Assembly: GCF_003334815.1 (NCBI RefSeq)
Contig: NZ_QOWO01000006.1
From: Escherichia coli
GTDB lineage: Bacteria > Pseudomonadota > Gammaproteobacteria > Enterobacterales > Enterobacteriaceae
Reading direction: 5' to 3' (one strand)
Length of the DNA: 64,000 nt
The position numbers were made by a program, and so were the translations under genes. Position 1 is the stretch's first letter, and the number at the start of each line of letters is the position of its first letter. This document shows positions 1 to 10,085 of this stretch, one piece after another. A model generated the notes under the pieces. That model saw nothing but the letters and a program-made list of their open reading frames with translations. It had not been told where the DNA came from and made no database searches.

Positions 1-2486
1 CTTCCGTACAGCGCGACAACCCGGAGATGGAGCGTCGCTGCCAGGAAGTGATCGACCGTTGCTGGCAGCTTGGTGATGCCAACCCAATCCTGTTTATCCA
101 CGACGTTGGCGCTGGCGGTCTTTCTAACGCCATGCCGGAACTGGTGAGCGACGGCGGGCGCGGCGGTAAATTTGAACTGCGCGAGATTCTAAGCGACGAA
201 CCGGGCATGAGCCCGCTGGAAATCTGGTGTAACGAATCCCAGGAACGCTACGTGCTGGCGGTTGCTGCCGATCAATTACCGCTGTTTGACGAACTGTGTA
301 AGCGTGAGCGCGCACCCTACGCGGTGATTGGTGAAGCGACCGAAGAACTGCATCTTTCTCTGCACGATCGTCATTTTGATAATCAGCCGATCGATCTGCC
401 GCTGGACGTCCTGCTTGGTAAAACGCCGAAGATGACCCGCGATGTACAAACGCTGAAAGCGAAAGGCGACGCGCTGGCCCGTGAAGGGATCACCATTGCA
501 GACGCGGTGAAACGTGTGCTGCATCTGCCGACTGTGGCGGAAAAAACCTTCCTGGTGACCATTGGCGACCGCAGCGTAACCGGCATGGTAGCGCGCGATC
601 AGATGGTGGGGCCGTGGCAGGTGCCGGTCGCTAACTGCGCGGTCACTACCGCCAGCCTCGACAGCTACTACGGTGAAGCGATGGCGATTGGCGAGCGTGC
701 GCCGGTTGCGCTGCTGGATTTCGCCGCCTCTGCCCGTCTGGCGGTCGGTGAAGCGTTAACCAACATCGCCGCAACACAAATTGGCGATATCAAACGCATC
801 AAACTTTCCGCCAACTGGATGGCGGCGGCAGGCCACCCTGGTGAAGATGCGGGCCTGTATGAAGCCGTTAAAGCCGTGGGCGAAGAGCTTTGTCCGGCGC
901 TGGGCCTGACGATCCCGGTGGGTAAAGACTCCATGTCGATGAAAACCCGCTGGCAGGAAGGTAACGAAGAGCGCGAAATGACGTCGCCGCTGTCGCTGGT
1001 GATTTCTGCATTTGCCCGCGTGGAAGATGTACGTCACACCATCACGCCGCAGCTTTCTACCGAAGATAACGCACTGCTGCTGATTGATTTGGGCAAAGGC
1101 AATAACGCGCTGGGCGCAACGGCGCTGGCGCAGGTTTATCGTCAGCTTGGCGACAAACCGGCAGATGTACGCGATGTCGCGCAACTGAAAGGCTTCTATG
1201 ACGCGATTCAGGCGCTGGTTGCACAGCGTAAGCTGCTGGCGTATCACGACCGCTCTGATGGCGGCCTGCTGGTAACGCTGGCGGAAATGGCCTTTGCTGG
1301 TCATTGTGGCATTGACGCGGATATCGCCACTCTGGGTGACGATCGCCTGGCGGCGTTGTTTAACGAAGAACTGGGTGCGGTGATTCAGGTTCGTGCCGCT
1401 GACCGTGAAGCGGTCGAGTCCGTACTGGCACAGCATGGGCTTGCTGATTGTGTCCATTATGTAGGGCAGGCGGTTTCCGGTGACCGTTTTGTGATTACCG
1501 CCAACGGGCAGACTGTATTCAGCGAAAGCCGCACCACGTTGCGTGTCTGGTGGGCAGAAACTACCTGGCAGATGCAGCGCCTGCGTGACAACCCGGAGTG
1601 TGCCGATCAGGAGCATCAGGCGAAATCTAACGACGCCGATCCGGGCCTGAATGTAAAACTGTCGTTCGATATCAACGAAGATGTGGCAGCACCGTATATT
1701 GCCACTGGCGCACGTCCGAAAGTTGCCGTACTGCGTGAGCAGGGCGTGAACTCGCATGTTGAAATGGCGGCAGCTTTCCACCGTGCAGGCTTTGATGCTA
1801 TCGACGTGCATATGAGTGACCTGCTGACCGGACGCACGGGCCTGGAAGATTTCCACGCCCTGGTCGCGTGCGGTGGTTTCTCCTACGGTGATGTGCTGGG
1901 TGCCGGTGAAGGTTGGGCGAAGTCAATCCTGTTCAATGACCGTGTACGCGATGAGTTTGCAACCTTCTTCCACCGTCCGCAAACGCTGGCGCTGGGGGTA
2001 TGTAACGGTTGCCAGATGATGTCTAATCTGCGTGAACTGATCCCAGGTAGTGAGTTGTGGCCACGTTTTGTGCGCAATACCTCCGATCGCTTTGAAGCGC
2101 GTTTCAGCCTGGTTGAAGTAACCCAAAGCCCGTCTCTGCTGTTGCAGGGGATGGTGGGCTCGCAAATGCCGATTGCTGTCTCTCATGGTGAAGGGCGCGT
2201 GGAAGTGCGTGATGCGGCGCATCTGGCGGCACTGGAAAGCAAAGGGCTGGTGGCACTGCGCTATGTCGATAACTTCGGCAAAGTCACTGAAACCTACCCG
2301 GCTAACCCGAACGGTTCACCGAACGGTATTACGGCAGTCACGACTGAAAGTGGTCGAGTCACCATTATGATGCCGCACCCGGAACGTGTTTTCCGTACTG
2401 TCAGCAACTCCTGGCATCCGGAAAACTGGGGCGAGGATGGCCCATGGATGCGCATTTTCCGCAATGCGCGTAAGCAGTTGGGGTAA
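1..2486 (+). CDS. purL: phosphoribosylformylglycinamidine synthase (FGAM synthase), 3' portion; gene begins upstream of window
   Basis: Reading frame open from window edge to TAA at 2484-2486 (track ORF 27..2486); translation ends with a class-I glutamine amidotransferase domain (GVCNGCQ, HGEG, MPHPER motifs) typical of large PurL. Confidence 0.95.
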   Translation, partial: SVQRDNPEMERRCQEVIDRCWQLGDANPILFIHDVGAGGLSNAMPELVSDGGRGGKFELREILSDEPGMSPLEIWCNESQERYVLAVAADQLPLFDELCKRERAPYAVIGEATEELHLSLHDRHFDNQPIDLPLDVLLGKTPKMTRDVQTLKAKGDALAREGITIADAVKRVLHLPTVAEKTFLVTIGDRSVTGMVARDQMVGPWQVPVANCAVTTASLDSYYGEAMAIGERAPVALLDFAASARLAVGEALTNIAATQIGDIKRIKLSANWMAAAGHPGEDAGLYEAVKAVGEELCPALGLTIPVGKDSMSMKTRWQEGNEEREMTSPLSLVISAFARVEDVRHTITPQLSTEDNALLLIDLGKGNNALGATALAQVYRQLGDKPADVRDVAQLKGFYDAIQALVAQRKLLAYHDRSDGGLLVTLAEMAFAGHCGIDADIATLGDDRLAALFNEELGAVIQVRAADREAVESVLAQHGLADCVHYVGQAVSGDRFVITANGQTVFSESRTTLRVWWAETTWQMQRLRDNPECADQEHQAKSNDADPGLNVKLSFDINEDVAAPYIATGARPKVAVLREQGVNSHVEMAAAFHRAGFDAIDVHMSDLLTGRTGLEDFHALVACGGFSYGDVLGAGEGWAKSILFNDRVRDEFATFFHRPQTLALGVCNGCQMMSNLRELIPGSELWPRFVRNTSDRFEARFSLVEVTQSPSLLLQGMVGSQMPIAVSHGEGRVEVRDAAHLAALESKGLVALRYVDNFGKVTETYPANPNGSPNGITAVTTESGRVTIMMPHPERVFRTVSNSWHPENWGEDGPWMRIFRNARKQLG

Positions 2487-2544
2487 GTCGTCAGCCCATT
2501 GGTTTTGCAGCCCGGATGCGGCATTAAGCACCAACCACTATCAT

Positions 2545-2572
2545 AAGCTCCCAACTCCGGGAGCTTTTTTGT
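2545..2572 (+). terminator. Rho-independent terminator downstream of purL
   Basis: GC stem AAGCTCCC / GGGAGCTT with 6-nt loop, followed by T-tract (2565-2570). Confidence 0.7.
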
Positions 2573-2685
2573 GTCTGTAAATCACGACAATGGGTGGTTT
2601 GCCGTGTCGCTTTCTGGCGACACTTAACTCATTGATTTTAATATTATCTAATAAGTTTATCTTAAGTTGTCTCTTTTTAGCGACA
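2572..2685. promoter_or_regulatory. Three TGTC-N10-GACA sites (2572-2589, 2605-2622, 2668-2685), consistent with GlrR-type sigma-54 activator binding sites upstream of glmY
   Basis: Three exact TGTC-(10 nt)-GACA palindromic half-site pairs seen directly; position about 90-230 bp upstream of a sigma-54 promoter with AT-rich (IHF-like) DNA in between. Confidence 0.65.
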
Positions 2686-2774
2686 CAGTGGCTGATTTAC
2701 ATTCAAACAGCGGAGGAGACATAAACCCCTCAAAGCAACGTATAATCAGTACGTTACCAAACTATTTTCTTTAT

Positions 2775-2791
2775 TGGCACAGTTACTGCAT
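2775..2791 (+). promoter_or_regulatory. sigma-54 (-24/-12) promoter of glmY
   Basis: TGGCAC-N5-CTGCAT matches the TGGCAC-N5-TTGCA consensus; overlapping CATAAT -10-like hexamer at 2789-2794. Confidence 0.75.
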
Positions 2792-2801
2792 AATAGTAAC
2801 C

Positions 2802-2985
2802 AGTGGCTCATTCACCGACTTATGTCAGCCCCTTCGGGACGTGCTACATAAAATACGAATGACGCACAACAAGGTGCCTGCCGTCCAACTTCTGATATCA
2901 GCGTAGCTATATCAACCATCGGGCGAAACGTCGAGTTAGGCACCGCCTTATTCCATAACAAAGCCGGGTAATTCCCGGCTTTGTT
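2802..2985 (+). ncRNA. glmY: GlmY small RNA (about 184 nt), controls glmS via GlmZ/RapZ
   Basis: Start about 12 nt downstream of the sigma-54 -12 element; sequence AGTGGCTCATTCACCGACTTATGTCAGCCCCTTCGGG... recognised from memory as GlmY; ends in terminator AGCCGGG-TAATT-CCCGGCT + TTGTTGT (2962-2987); no ORF. Confidence 0.8.
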
Positions 2986-3043
2986 GTATCTGAACTTCCC
3001 CTCGGTTAGCATCAGGCTATTCGCGTCTGACGAGAGTAACACC

Positions 3044-4471
3044 TTGAAACGCTGGCCCGTTTTTCCCCGCTCATTACGACAACTGGTAATGCTGGCATTT
3101 TTGCTGATTCTGCTGCCCCTGTTGGTGCTGGCATGGCAAGCCTGGCAAAGCCTGAATGCGCTTAGCGATCAGGCGGCGCTGGTTAACCGCACTACGCTTA
3201 TTGATGCCCGGCGCAGTGAAGCGATGACCAACGCGGCGCTGGAGATGGAGCGTAGTTACCGTCAGTATTGCGTGCTGGACGACCCAACCCTGGCGAAGGT
3301 TTATCAAAGCCAGCGCAAGCGTTACAGCGAAATGCTCGATGCCCACGCAGGCGTGCTGCCGGACGATAAACTCTACCAGGCATTACGTCAGGATTTGCAC
3401 AATCTGGCTCAACTTCAGTGTAACAACAGCGGTCCCGATGCTGCCGCCGCCGCACGTCTTGAAGCCTTTGCCAGTGCCAATACCGAAATGGTACAGGCCA
3501 CGCGCACAGTGGTGTTCTCTCGTGGGCAGCAGCTTCAGCGTGAAATCGCCGAACGTGGGCAATATTTTGGTTGGCAATCGCTGGTGCTATTTCTGGTGAG
3601 TCTGGTAATGGTACTGCTTTTCACGCGGATGATTATCGGGCCGGTGAAAAATATCGAGCGCATGATCAACCGTCTGGGGGAAGGGCGTTCTCTGGGCAAT
3701 AGCGTCTCGTTCAGTGGACCGAGCGAGTTACGCTCGGTTGGGCAACGTATTCTTTGGTTAAGTGAGCGCCTGTCATGGCTGGAATCCCAACGCCATCAAT
3801 TTTTAAGACATTTATCTCATGAATTAAAAACGCCACTGGCGAGTATGCGCGAGGGCACTGAATTACTGGCTGACCAGGTTGTCGGGCCGCTTACGCCAGA
3901 GCAAAAAGAGGTGGTGAGCATTCTTGATAGCAGCAGCCGCAATTTGCAAAAACTGATCGAACAACTGCTTGATTACAACCGTAAACAGGCGGACAGTGCG
4001 GTGGAACTGGAGAATGTTGAGTTAGCACCGCTGGTGGAGACAGTGGTTTCTGCTCATAGCCTGCCCGCACGGGCTAAAATGATGCATACCGACGTCGATC
4101 TCAAAGCAACAGCTTGCCTGGCGGAGCCAATGCTGCTGATGAGCGTACTGGATAATCTTTACTCCAATGCGGTGCACTACGGGGCTGAATCCGGTAACAT
4201 TTGCCTTCGCAGCAGTTTACATGGTGCGCGGGTTTATATTGATGTCATCAATACAGGCACGCCCATTCCGCAAGAGGAACGCGCCATGATCTTCGAACCC
4301 TTTTTTCAGGGAAGCCACCAGCGAAAAGGGGCGGTGAAGGGCAGCGGTCTGGGATTAAGCATTGCCAGGGATTGTATTCGCCGTATGCAAGGGGAACTGT
4401 ATCTGGTCGACGAGAGCGGGCAAGACGTTTGTTTCCGCATTGAATTACCGTCGTCGAAAAACACGAAATAA
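3044..4471 (+). CDS. glrK: sensor histidine kinase GlrK (YfhK/QseE), 475 aa, probable TTG start
   Basis: Track ORF 2981..4471; its ATG at 2981 lies inside the glmY terminator, so TTG at 3044 (protein MKRWPVFPRS...) preferred; two TM segments, HAMP, H-box (HELKTPL) and HATPase motifs. Confidence 0.9.
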   Translation: MKRWPVFPRSLRQLVMLAFLLILLPLLVLAWQAWQSLNALSDQAALVNRTTLIDARRSEAMTNAALEMERSYRQYCVLDDPTLAKVYQSQRKRYSEMLDAHAGVLPDDKLYQALRQDLHNLAQLQCNNSGPDAAAAARLEAFASANTEMVQATRTVVFSRGQQLQREIAERGQYFGWQSLVLFLVSLVMVLLFTRMIIGPVKNIERMINRLGEGRSLGNSVSFSGPSELRSVGQRILWLSERLSWLESQRHQFLRHLSHELKTPLASMREGTELLADQVVGPLTPEQKEVVSILDSSSRNLQKLIEQLLDYNRKQADSAVELENVELAPLVETVVSAHSLPARAKMMHTDVDLKATACLAEPMLLMSVLDNLYSNAVHYGAESGNICLRSSLHGARVYIDVINTGTPIPQEERAMIFEPFFQGSHQRKGAVKGSGLGLSIARDCIRRMQGELYLVDESGQDVCFRIELPSSKNTK

Positions 4472-4635
4472 TGCTAACAGCCTATCCTATCAGGCTATTT
4501 TATTTGTCAGTTCGGCCCCGGGCAGTGCTCGAAATCTTCACGTACGATATGTACGCTCCGGTTTCTCCGCGCTGTCCATGTCCAGACTGTCTGCAACAAT
4601 TACGCCCACTGGGATAGGCTTTAAGTCTGGTGAAT

Positions 4636-5349
4636 ATGCGACACATTTTTCAACGATTATTGCCCCGACGGCTGTGGCTGGCAGGGCTGCCATGTCTGGC
4701 ATTGCTGGGTTGCGTGCAGAATCACAATAAGCCAGCCATTGATACGCCAGCAGAAGAAAAAATTCCGGTTTATCAACTGGCTGACTATCTTTCTACTGAA
4801 TGTAGCGACATCTGGGCGCTGCAAGGTAAATCAACCGAAACCAATCCGCTTTACTGGCTGCGGGCGATGGATTGTGCTGATCGTTTAATGCCTGCGCAGT
4901 CGCGTCAGCAAGCTCGCCAATATGACGACGGCAGCTGGCAAAATACCTTTAAACAAGGGATTTTGCTCGCCGACGCCAAAATTACGCCGTATGAGCGCCG
5001 CCAGCTGGTCGCGCGTATTGAAGCGTTAAGTACCGAGATCCCGGCACAGGTTCGCCCACTGTATCAACTCTGGCGCGATGGTCAGGCGCTGCAACTGCAA
5101 CTGGCGGAAGAGCGCCAACGTTACAGTAAACTCCAGCAGTCCAGCGACAGCGAGCTGGATACATTGCGCCAGCAACATCACGTTCTACAGCAGCAACTGG
5201 AACTCACCACCCGCAAGCTGGAAAACCTGACCGATATTGAACGCCAGCTCTCGACCCGCAAACCGGCTGGAAATTTCTCGCCGGATACGCCGCACGAGAG
5301 TGAAAAGCCCGCGCCATCCACCCATGAGGTCACTCCTGATGAGCCATAA
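4636..5349 (+). CDS. qseG: outer-membrane lipoprotein QseG (YfhG), 237 aa
   Basis: Track ORF 4630..5349; start at third codon gives MRHIFQRLL... with lipobox LLGC; Q/L-rich coiled-coil C-terminus; sits between kinase and response regulator. Confidence 0.88.
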   Translation: MRHIFQRLLPRRLWLAGLPCLALLGCVQNHNKPAIDTPAEEKIPVYQLADYLSTECSDIWALQGKSTETNPLYWLRAMDCADRLMPAQSRQQARQYDDGSWQNTFKQGILLADAKITPYERRQLVARIEALSTEIPAQVRPLYQLWRDGQALQLQLAEERQRYSKLQQSSDSELDTLRQQHHVLQQQLELTTRKLENLTDIERQLSTRKPAGNFSPDTPHESEKPAPSTHEVTPDEP

Positions 5350-6673
5350 ACCTGCGCATTTATTATTGGTCGATGACGATCCGGGATTGCTGAAACTGCT
5401 TGGCCTGCGCCTGACCAGCGAAGGCTACAGTGTGGTCACGGCGGAAAGTGGCGCTGAAGGATTACGGGTACTGAATCGCGAAAAAGTAGATTTAGTCATC
5501 AGCGACCTGCGGATGGATGAAATGGACGGTATGCAGCTGTTTGCTGAAATCCAGAAAGTGCAGCCGGGAATGCCGGTAATTATTCTTACCGCGCATGGTT
5601 CTATTCCCGATGCCGTTGCTGCAACACAGCAGGGCGTTTTTAGTTTCCTCACCAAGCCTGTCGACAAAGACGCGCTATATCAGGCAATTGACGATGCGCT
5701 GGAGCAATCCGCGCCAGCCACCGATGAACGCTGGCGCGAGGCAATTGTCACCCGCAGCCCGCTGATGCTGCGTTTGCTGGAACAGGCGCGGCTGGTGGCG
5801 CAATCAGACGTCAGCGTTTTGATTAACGGTCAGAGCGGCACCGGGAAAGAGATTTTCGCCCAGGCTATCCACAACGCCAGCCCGCGCAACAGCAAACCAT
5901 TTATTGCTATTAACTGTGGCGCATTGCCCGAGCAATTGCTGGAGTCGGAGCTGTTTGGTCATGCGCGTGGCGCGTTTACTGGCGCTGTCAGCAATCGCGA
6001 AGGTTTATTCCAGGCGGCGGAAGGCGGAACGCTATTTCTCGATGAAATTGGCGATATGCCTGCGCCGTTACAGGTCAAACTGCTGCGCGTGTTGCAGGAG
6101 CGTAAAGTGCGCCCGCTGGGCAGTAACCGCGATATTGATATCAATGTGCGGATTATTTCTGCCACTCACCGTGATCTGCCAAAAGCGATGGCGCGCGGGG
6201 AATTCCGCGAAGATCTCTATTACCGCCTCAACGTTGTCAGCCTGAAAATTCCGGCACTGGCGGAGCGCACAGAAGACATTCCGCTACTGGCAAATCACCT
6301 GTTGCGCCAGGCGGCAGAGCGACATAAACCGTTTGTCCGCGCGTTCTCTACCGATGCGATGAAACGCCTGATGACCGCGAGCTGGCCGGGTAATGTGCGC
6401 CAGTTGGTCAACGTGATTGAACAGTGCGTGGCGCTGACCTCATCTCCGGTGATTAGTGATGCGCTGGTGGAGCAGGCGCTGGAGGGTGAAAATACGGCGC
6501 TGCCAACCTTTGTTGAGGCACGTAATCAGTTTGAACTCAACTATTTGCGTAAGCTGCTGCAAATCACCAAAGGCAACGTCACCCACGCGGCGAGAATGGC
6601 GGGGCGCAACCGGACAGAATTTTATAAACTGCTTTCCCGACACGAGCTGGATGCAAACGATTTCAAGGAATGA
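5339..6673 (+). CDS. glrR: sigma-54-dependent response regulator GlrR (YfhA/QseF), 444 aa
   Basis: Track ORF 5237..6673; start [15 protein letters not shown] overlaps qseG stop by 11 nt; receiver domain, AAA+ sigma-54 activator domain (GESGTGKE, GAFTGA motifs), C-terminal HTH. Confidence 0.93.
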   Translation: MSHKPAHLLLVDDDPGLLKLLGLRLTSEGYSVVTAESGAEGLRVLNREKVDLVISDLRMDEMDGMQLFAEIQKVQPGMPVIILTAHGSIPDAVAATQQGVFSFLTKPVDKDALYQAIDDALEQSAPATDERWREAIVTRSPLMLRLLEQARLVAQSDVSVLINGQSGTGKEIFAQAIHNASPRNSKPFIAINCGALPEQLLESELFGHARGAFTGAVSNREGLFQAAEGGTLFLDEIGDMPAPLQVKLLRVLQERKVRPLGSNRDIDINVRIISATHRDLPKAMARGEFREDLYYRLNVVSLKIPALAERTEDIPLLANHLLRQAAERHKPFVRAFSTDAMKRLMTASWPGNVRQLVNVIEQCVALTSSPVISDALVEQALEGENTALPTFVEARNQFELNYLRKLLQITKGNVTHAARMAGRNRTEFYKLLSRHELDANDFKE

Positions 6674-6697
6674 ATTGGCGTTATGTGTTACGTTTAG

Positions 6698-7072
<375 letters not shown>

Positions 7073-7084
7073 ACCGCGTCAAGG

Positions 7085-7110
7085 GTTGCCGGATGTTTCC
7101 ATCCGGCAAC
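7085..7110. terminator. hairpin shared by convergent glnB and hmp (candidate bidirectional terminator)
   Basis: 11-bp perfect stem GTTGCCGGATG / CATCCGGCAAC, loop TTTC, located between glnB stop (7072) and hmp stop (7117); no strong T-tract. Confidence 0.5.
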
Positions 7111-7116
7111 ATCAAA

Positions 7117-8307
7117 TTACAGCACCTTATGCGGGCCAAAGCATTCGTAATGAATGTTTTCCTGCTTCACGCCCAGATCCACTAACTGTTTCGCGGTAAA
7201 CTGCATGAAGCCAACCGGGCCGCAGAGATAGAACTGCATTGTCGGATCGCTGAACGCACCTTCCAGTTTGCTCAAATCCATCAGACCTTCGCTATCAAAC
7301 TGACCTTTAGCGCGATCGGCTTCGCTCGGCTGACGATACCAGGTGTGCGCGGTAAAGCGCGGCAGTGACTGCCCCAGTTCCTTAACTTCATCGGCAAAGG
7401 CGTGAACATCGCCATTTTCTGCCGCATGGAACCAGTTCACTTGTGCTGTGTGGCCTGCTTTTGCCAGCGTGTCGAGCATTGCCAGCATTGGCGTTTGACC
7501 AACACCGGCAGAGATTAACGTCACTGGTGTGTCATCTGCGACAGCCATAAAGAAATCACCTGCCGGAGCGACCAGTTTCACGACATCGCCAACATTGGCG
7601 TGATTGTGCAACCAGTTGGATACCTGCCCACCCTCTTCGCGTTTCACCGCAATACGATAGCCTTTGCCATCCGGTTTGCGAGTCAAAGAGTACTGACGAA
7701 TTTCCTGATGTGGGAAACCTTCCGGCTTCAGCCAGACGCCGAGATATTGCCCCGGACGGTATTCTGCCACTGCGCCACCGTCGACCGGCTCCAGTTCGAA
7801 GCTGGTGATAAGCGCGCTGCGCGGTGTTTTAGCCACAATGCGGAAATCGCGAGTACCTTCCCAACCACCGGCTTTGCTGGCGTTTTCGTTATAGATTTCC
7901 GCCTCGCGATTGATAAATACATTAGCCAGTACACCATAGGCTTTACCCCACGCGTCCAGCACTTCCTGCCCCGGGCTGAACATTTCGTCCAGCGTTGCCA
8001 ACAGGTGTTCACCGACGATGTTGTACTGTTCCGGTTTGATCTGGAAGCTGGTGTGCTTCTGCGCGATTTTTTCTACCGCTGGCAGCAGCGCAGGCAGGTT
8101 TTCAATATTACTGGCGTAGGCGGCAATAGCGTTAAACAGGGCTTCACGTTGATCGCCATTACGCTGGTTACTCATGTTAAAAATTTCTTTGAGTTCTGGG
8201 TTATGAGTAAACATACGGTCGTAGAAATGGGCGGTTAACTTTGGCCCCGTTTCCACCAGTAAAGGGATGGTGGCTTTTACTGTAGCGATGGTTTGAGCGT
8301 CAAGCAT
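7117..8307 (-). CDS. hmp: flavohemoglobin / nitric oxide dioxygenase, 396 aa
   Basis: Track ORF 7117..8328; start at [17 protein letters not shown] (globin domain) followed by FAD/NAD-binding reductase domain. Confidence 0.95.
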
Positions 8308-8333
8308 ATGGTCTTCCTTTTTTTGCATCTTAA

Positions 8334-8356
8334 TTGATGTATCTCAAATGCATCTT
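8334..8356. promoter_or_regulatory. NsrR-type operator palindrome overlapping the hmp promoter
   Basis: AAGATGCATTTGAGATACATCAA (minus-strand reading) is an imperfect inverted repeat 27-49 bp upstream of the hmp start; matches the NsrR site pattern AAGATGYATTT...AAATRCATCTT. Confidence 0.7.
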
Positions 8357-8501
8357 ATAAAAAATAGCCCTGCAATGTAAATGGTTCTTTGGTGTTTTTC
8401 AGAAAGAATGTGATGAAGTGAAAAATTTGCATCACAAACCTGAAAAGAAATCCGTTTCCGGTTGCAAGCTCTTTATTCTCCAAAGCCTTGCGTAGCCTGA
8501 A

Positions 8502-8517
8502 GGTAATCGTTTGCGTA
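8502..8517. promoter_or_regulatory. PurR-box-like sequence in glyA upstream region
   Basis: Complement reads ACGCAAACGATTAC, resembling the PurR operator ACGCAAACGTTTTC; about 120 bp upstream of glyA start. Confidence 0.4.
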
Positions 8518-8634
8518 AATTCCTTTGTCAAGACCTGTTATCGCACAATGATTCGGTTATACTGTTCGCCGTTGTCCAACAGGACCGCCTATAAAGGCCA
8601 AAAATTTTATTGTTAGCTGAGTCAGGAGATGCGG

Positions 8635-9888
8635 ATGTTAAAGCGTGAAATGAACATTGCCGATTATGATGCCGAACTGTGGCAGGCTATGGAGCAGGAA
8701 AAAGTACGTCAGGAAGAGCACATCGAACTGATCGCCTCCGAAAACTACACCAGCCCGCGCGTAATGCAGGCGCAGGGTTCTCAGCTGACCAACAAATATG
8801 CTGAAGGTTATCCGGGCAAACGCTACTACGGCGGTTGCGAGTATGTTGATATCGTTGAACAACTGGCGATCGATCGTGCGAAAGAACTGTTCGGCGCTGA
8901 CTACGCTAACGTCCAGCCGCACTCCGGCTCCCAGGCTAACTTTGCGGTCTACACCGCGCTGCTGGAACCAGGTGATACCGTTCTGGGTATGAACCTGGCG
9001 CATGGCGGTCACCTGACTCACGGTTCTCCGGTTAACTTCTCCGGTAAACTGTACAACATCGTTCCTTACGGTATCGATGCTACCGGTCATATCGACTACG
9101 CCGATCTGGAAAAACAAGCCAAAGAACACAAGCCGAAAATGATTATCGGTGGTTTCTCTGCATATTCCGGCGTGGTGGACTGGGCGAAAATGCGTGAAAT
9201 CGCTGACAGCATCGGTGCTTACCTGTTCGTTGATATGGCGCACGTTGCGGGCCTGGTTGCTGCTGGCGTCTACCCGAACCCGGTTCCTCATGCTCACGTT
9301 GTTACTACCACCACTCACAAAACCCTGGCGGGTCCGCGCGGCGGCCTGATCCTGGCGAAAGGTGGTAGCGAAGAGCTGTACAAAAAACTGAACTCTGCCG
9401 TTTTCCCTGGTGGTCAGGGCGGTCCGTTGATGCACGTAATCGCCGGTAAAGCGGTTGCTCTGAAAGAAGCGATGGAGCCTGAGTTCAAAACTTACCAGCA
9501 GCAGGTCGCTAAAAACGCTAAAGCGATGGTAGAAGTGTTCCTCGAGCGCGGCTACAAAGTGGTTTCCGGCGGCACTGATAACCACCTGTTCCTGGTTGAT
9601 CTGGTTGATAAAAACCTGACCGGTAAAGAAGCAGACGCCGCTCTGGGCCGTGCTAACATCACCGTCAACAAAAACAGCGTACCGAACGATCCGAAGAGCC
9701 CGTTTGTGACCTCCGGTATTCGTGTAGGTACTCCGGCGATTACCCGTCGCGGCTTTAAAGAAGCCGAAGCGAAAGAACTGGCTGGCTGGATGTGTGACGT
9801 GCTGGACAGCATCAATGATGAAGCCGTTATCGAGCGCATCAAAGGTAAAGTTCTCGACATCTGCGCACGTTACCCGGTTTACGCATAA
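8635..9888 (+). CDS. glyA: serine hydroxymethyltransferase, 417 aa
   Basis: Track ORF 8629..9888; start [12 protein letters not shown]...; PLP-lysine motif [14 protein letters not shown]. Confidence 0.97.
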
Positions 9889-9925
9889 GCGAAACGGTGA
9901 TTTGCTGTCAATGTGCTCGTTGTTC

Positions 9926-10028
9926 ATGCCGGATGCGGCGTGAACGCCTTATCCGGCCTACAAAACTTTGCAAATTCAATATATTGCAATCTCCGTGTAG
10001 GCCTGATAAGCGTAGCGCATCAGGCAAT
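9926..10028. repeat. BIME: two inverted REP elements downstream of glyA
   Basis: GCCGGATGCGGCGTGAACGCCTTATCCGGCCTAC and inverted copy GTAGGCCTGATAAGCGTAGCGCATCAGGC. Confidence 0.85.
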
Positions 10029-10085
10029 TTTTCGTTTATGATCATCAAGGCTTCCTTCGGGAAGCCTTTCTACGTTATCGCGCCA

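Noticed and set aside
756-1856. 366-aa minus-strand ORF inside purL
   Set aside because: Antisense to a strongly supported gene, no recognisable domain, no upstream RBS or promoter.
2981-3043. N-terminal extension of glrK from ATG 2981 (track ORF of 496 aa)
   Set aside because: The ATG lies within the GlmY terminator hairpin/T-tract and the first 21 codons (MLYLNFPSVSIRLFASDESNT) would be translated from sRNA terminator sequence; TTG 3044 gives the expected MKRWPVFP N-terminus.
8638-9927. 429-aa minus-strand ORF covering all of glyA in antisense
   Set aside because: The sense strand encodes an unmistakable serine hydroxymethyltransferase; the antisense ORF has no RBS and a low-complexity, Arg/Val/Phe-rich translation typical of stop-depleted antisense frames of highly expressed genes.
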